From an uncultured Actinomycetota bacterium (GTDB lineage: Bacteria > Actinomycetota > Actinomycetes > CAVWCF01): a stretch of DNA of 64,000 nucleotides. The translations under genes were made by a program, and so were the position numbers. Where the stretch lies: contig CAVWCF010000001.1 in assembly GCA_963753435.1 (NCBI GenBank), positions 1,280,001 through 1,344,000 of the forward strand. Direction: 5' to 3'. Under the pieces are notes generated by a model. The model worked only from the letters and a program-made list of their open reading frames with translations. It was not told the origin of the DNA and made no database searches. The stretch's first letter is position 1. Each line of letters starts with the position of its first letter. This document shows, in pieces, positions 62,292-64,000 of the stretch.

Positions 62292-64000
62292 ATGGCGAAC
62301 CTGAGTGGGCAGCCTCGCTATCAGCGAGAGCGGAACCACGGTCGCGTTGCCATCCGACGTACCCGTCCGTGGCAACGGCGAGTTGGCATGGCAACTCTTG
62401 TCGGCCTAGCGGCAATCGCAGTCCCAACGCTTCCAGTGGGTGCGTCGGATCTGTCCTCACCAGATGCCGCCGCCATCCAGCGCTACGCCGGGTCGGACAG
62501 GTACGAGACATCCGCGCTCATTAGCGCTGCCACATGGACCGGATCGGTGCCCATCGCCTACCTGGCCTCCGGTGCGGACTATCCCGATGCGTTGTCCGCC
62601 GGACCGGCGGCCGCCCATGACGGCGGACCGTTGCTGCTGACCCGGCCCACCCAACTGCCGAGCGCCGTCCGGGCGGAGTTGTTGCGGCTCGCGCCAGCGA
62701 AGGTGGTCATCGTCGGTGGTCCAGGGGCCATTTCTCCTTCGGTGTCGTCATCCGTCCGCGCACTCGTCCCGGAGGTCGTACGGATCGCCGGCGCTGACCG
62801 CTACGAAACCTCCGCGACGCTGGCGTCGGAGCGTTTCTCGGCTGGACTCAGTAAGGCGTACGTAGCCCGAGGCGATGACTTCGCCGATGCACTCAGCGTC
62901 GGCGCCGCTGCTGCCAACAGAGGCAGCCCGGTCCTACTCGTCGAACGCGGCTCGGTTCCCGCCCCGATTCGATCAGCGCTTGAATCCCTGGCTCCTGATC
63001 AAGTCGTCGTCAGCGGCGGCCCGGCGGTGATTACCGATGACGTGCTCCTGGCTCTGGAGGGCATAGCTGCCGATGTCACCCGCGTGTTCGGAATCGACCG
63101 CTATGAGACGGCTCGCGCCATTGCGGCGGCGACCTTCGATGACTCAGCGGTGGCCATCGTGGCGAACGGACTGAACTTCCCTGACGGGCTCAGCAGCATC
63201 CCGATGGCGGCCAGGCAGGGTGCTCCACTTCTGCTCACCCAGGCCCGCTGCGCCCCCGACCCAACGGTTCTAGCGGCCGAGGCCTTGGGAGTCAGTTTGG
63301 CCTTCGCCGTTGGTGGTCCAGCCGTTGTCTCCGCAACCGCCGCGACGCTCCTCCCGTGCCCTCCGCCAGCAGTGTCGGTCAATCTGCCCTCGTCCACCCA
63401 CCTGTCCGACCCCGGCTACGCACTGGTTGACGGTGTCGTGCAGCACCTGCCAATGATCATGCGGCCCCTGACCCGCCTCGCTGCGCCAGCTGGCGCAGCG
63501 GCTGGTGTTCGAGTCCTAGCGGTCGACCTTGCGGTTGAAGTCCCGCTGCGACATGCCTTCTCCCTGCTCGCCTGGTGCCATCCACGTACGACATATGCGC
63601 AAGATGCCCCTTCGACCGATCAGTTCGGCATGGCGTTGGTCATAGGGCAGAACCCCATACCGGGCTCGGATACTCAGGCGACGGTTTCGAGGCGGATCGT
63701 GGGGCGGATCCCCGTCGATATCCCCGCCGGTGAGGCGGTCTCCTGCGAAGTGCAGATAAGTCCACGGACCGAGGGATTCGAGGCATCGTGGATTCGAATC
63801 CGATCCGGTCAGGTGCGTCTGGCCCCGGAACCTGTCGTGACTACGGCAACCACCAGCGGCCCCACGGTCGTCGGTAGCGGCGCGGGCACAGTGCCCTTTG
63901 CCTATCTGGCCACGGCTGCCGTGGAAGGCGCATGGGCCAGCGAGATCCGCCGCGCCGACGCCGACGTCTCGCTGTCCAACTGCTACGCGGGGTACGGCGC
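62292..64000 (+). CDS. Secreted cell-wall-binding repeat 2 (CWB2 x3) protein with unknown C-terminal domain; runs off window end, missing from ORF track
   Basis: AAGGGGAG RBS, ATG 62292; signal peptide; three R..G.DRYET...(D/N)(Y/F).D(A/G)LS...P.LL repeats; frame open to 64000. Confidence 0.88.
   Translation, partial: MANLSGQPRYQRERNHGRVAIRRTRPWQRRVGMATLVGLAAIAVPTLPVGASDLSSPDAAAIQRYAGSDRYETSALISAATWTGSVPIAYLASGADYPDALSAGPAAAHDGGPLLLTRPTQLPSAVRAELLRLAPAKVVIVGGPGAISPSVSSSVRALVPEVVRIAGADRYETSATLASERFSAGLSKAYVARGDDFADALSVGAAAANRGSPVLLVERGSVPAPIRSALESLAPDQVVVSGGPAVITDDVLLALEGIAADVTRVFGIDRYETARAIAAATFDDSAVAIVANGLNFPDGLSSIPMAARQGAPLLLTQARCAPDPTVLAAEALGVSLAFAVGGPAVVSATAATLLPCPPPAVSVNLPSSTHLSDPGYALVDGVVQHLPMIMRPLTRLAAPAGAAAGVRVLAVDLAVEVPLRHAFSLLAWCHPRTTYAQDAPSTDQFGMALVIGQNPIPGSDTQATVSRRIVGRIPVDIPAGEAVSCEVQISPRTEGFEASWIRIRSGQVRLAPEPVVTTATTSGPTVVGSGAGTVPFAYLATAAVEGAWASEIRRADADVSLSNCYAGYG

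Overview
High-GC actinobacterial chromosomal segment with conserved core synteny: tad pilus genes/ssd, 6C RNA, HAD hydrolase, Ms1 RNA, acs, nhaA, marP, nth, crp, an arsA pair, whiB4, ponA2 and tRNA-Pro, then asd-ask-recR-dnaX-ffs, two tRNA-Ser, tadA, upp and pntAB. Accessory blocks are interspersed. No integrase, transposase or CRISPR array was seen. Main candidates for something new: (1) a MarR-controlled operon beside tRNA-Pro encoding an atypical SDR fused to a red-chlorophyll-catabolite-reductase (RCCR)-like domain, plus a flavin-reductase-like protein fused to a protochlorophyllide-reductase (PCP_red)-like C-terminal domain, which may be a bacterial chlorophyll/bilin catabolism module; (2) two apparently paralogous, unnamed structured ncRNA genes (48.4-48.6 kb and 49.9-50.0 kb) sharing a promoter pattern, internal motifs, upstream DnaA-box-like clusters and a 3' hairpin whose loop is invariant in three copies; (3) an ApbE/ferric-reductase flavinylation module controlled by a two-component system; (4) a degenerate RsiG-like protein, two genes broken by +1 frameshifts, and several operator/leader elements. 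All calls come from reading the sequence and remembered family motifs; no searches were run. Start codons are best estimates.
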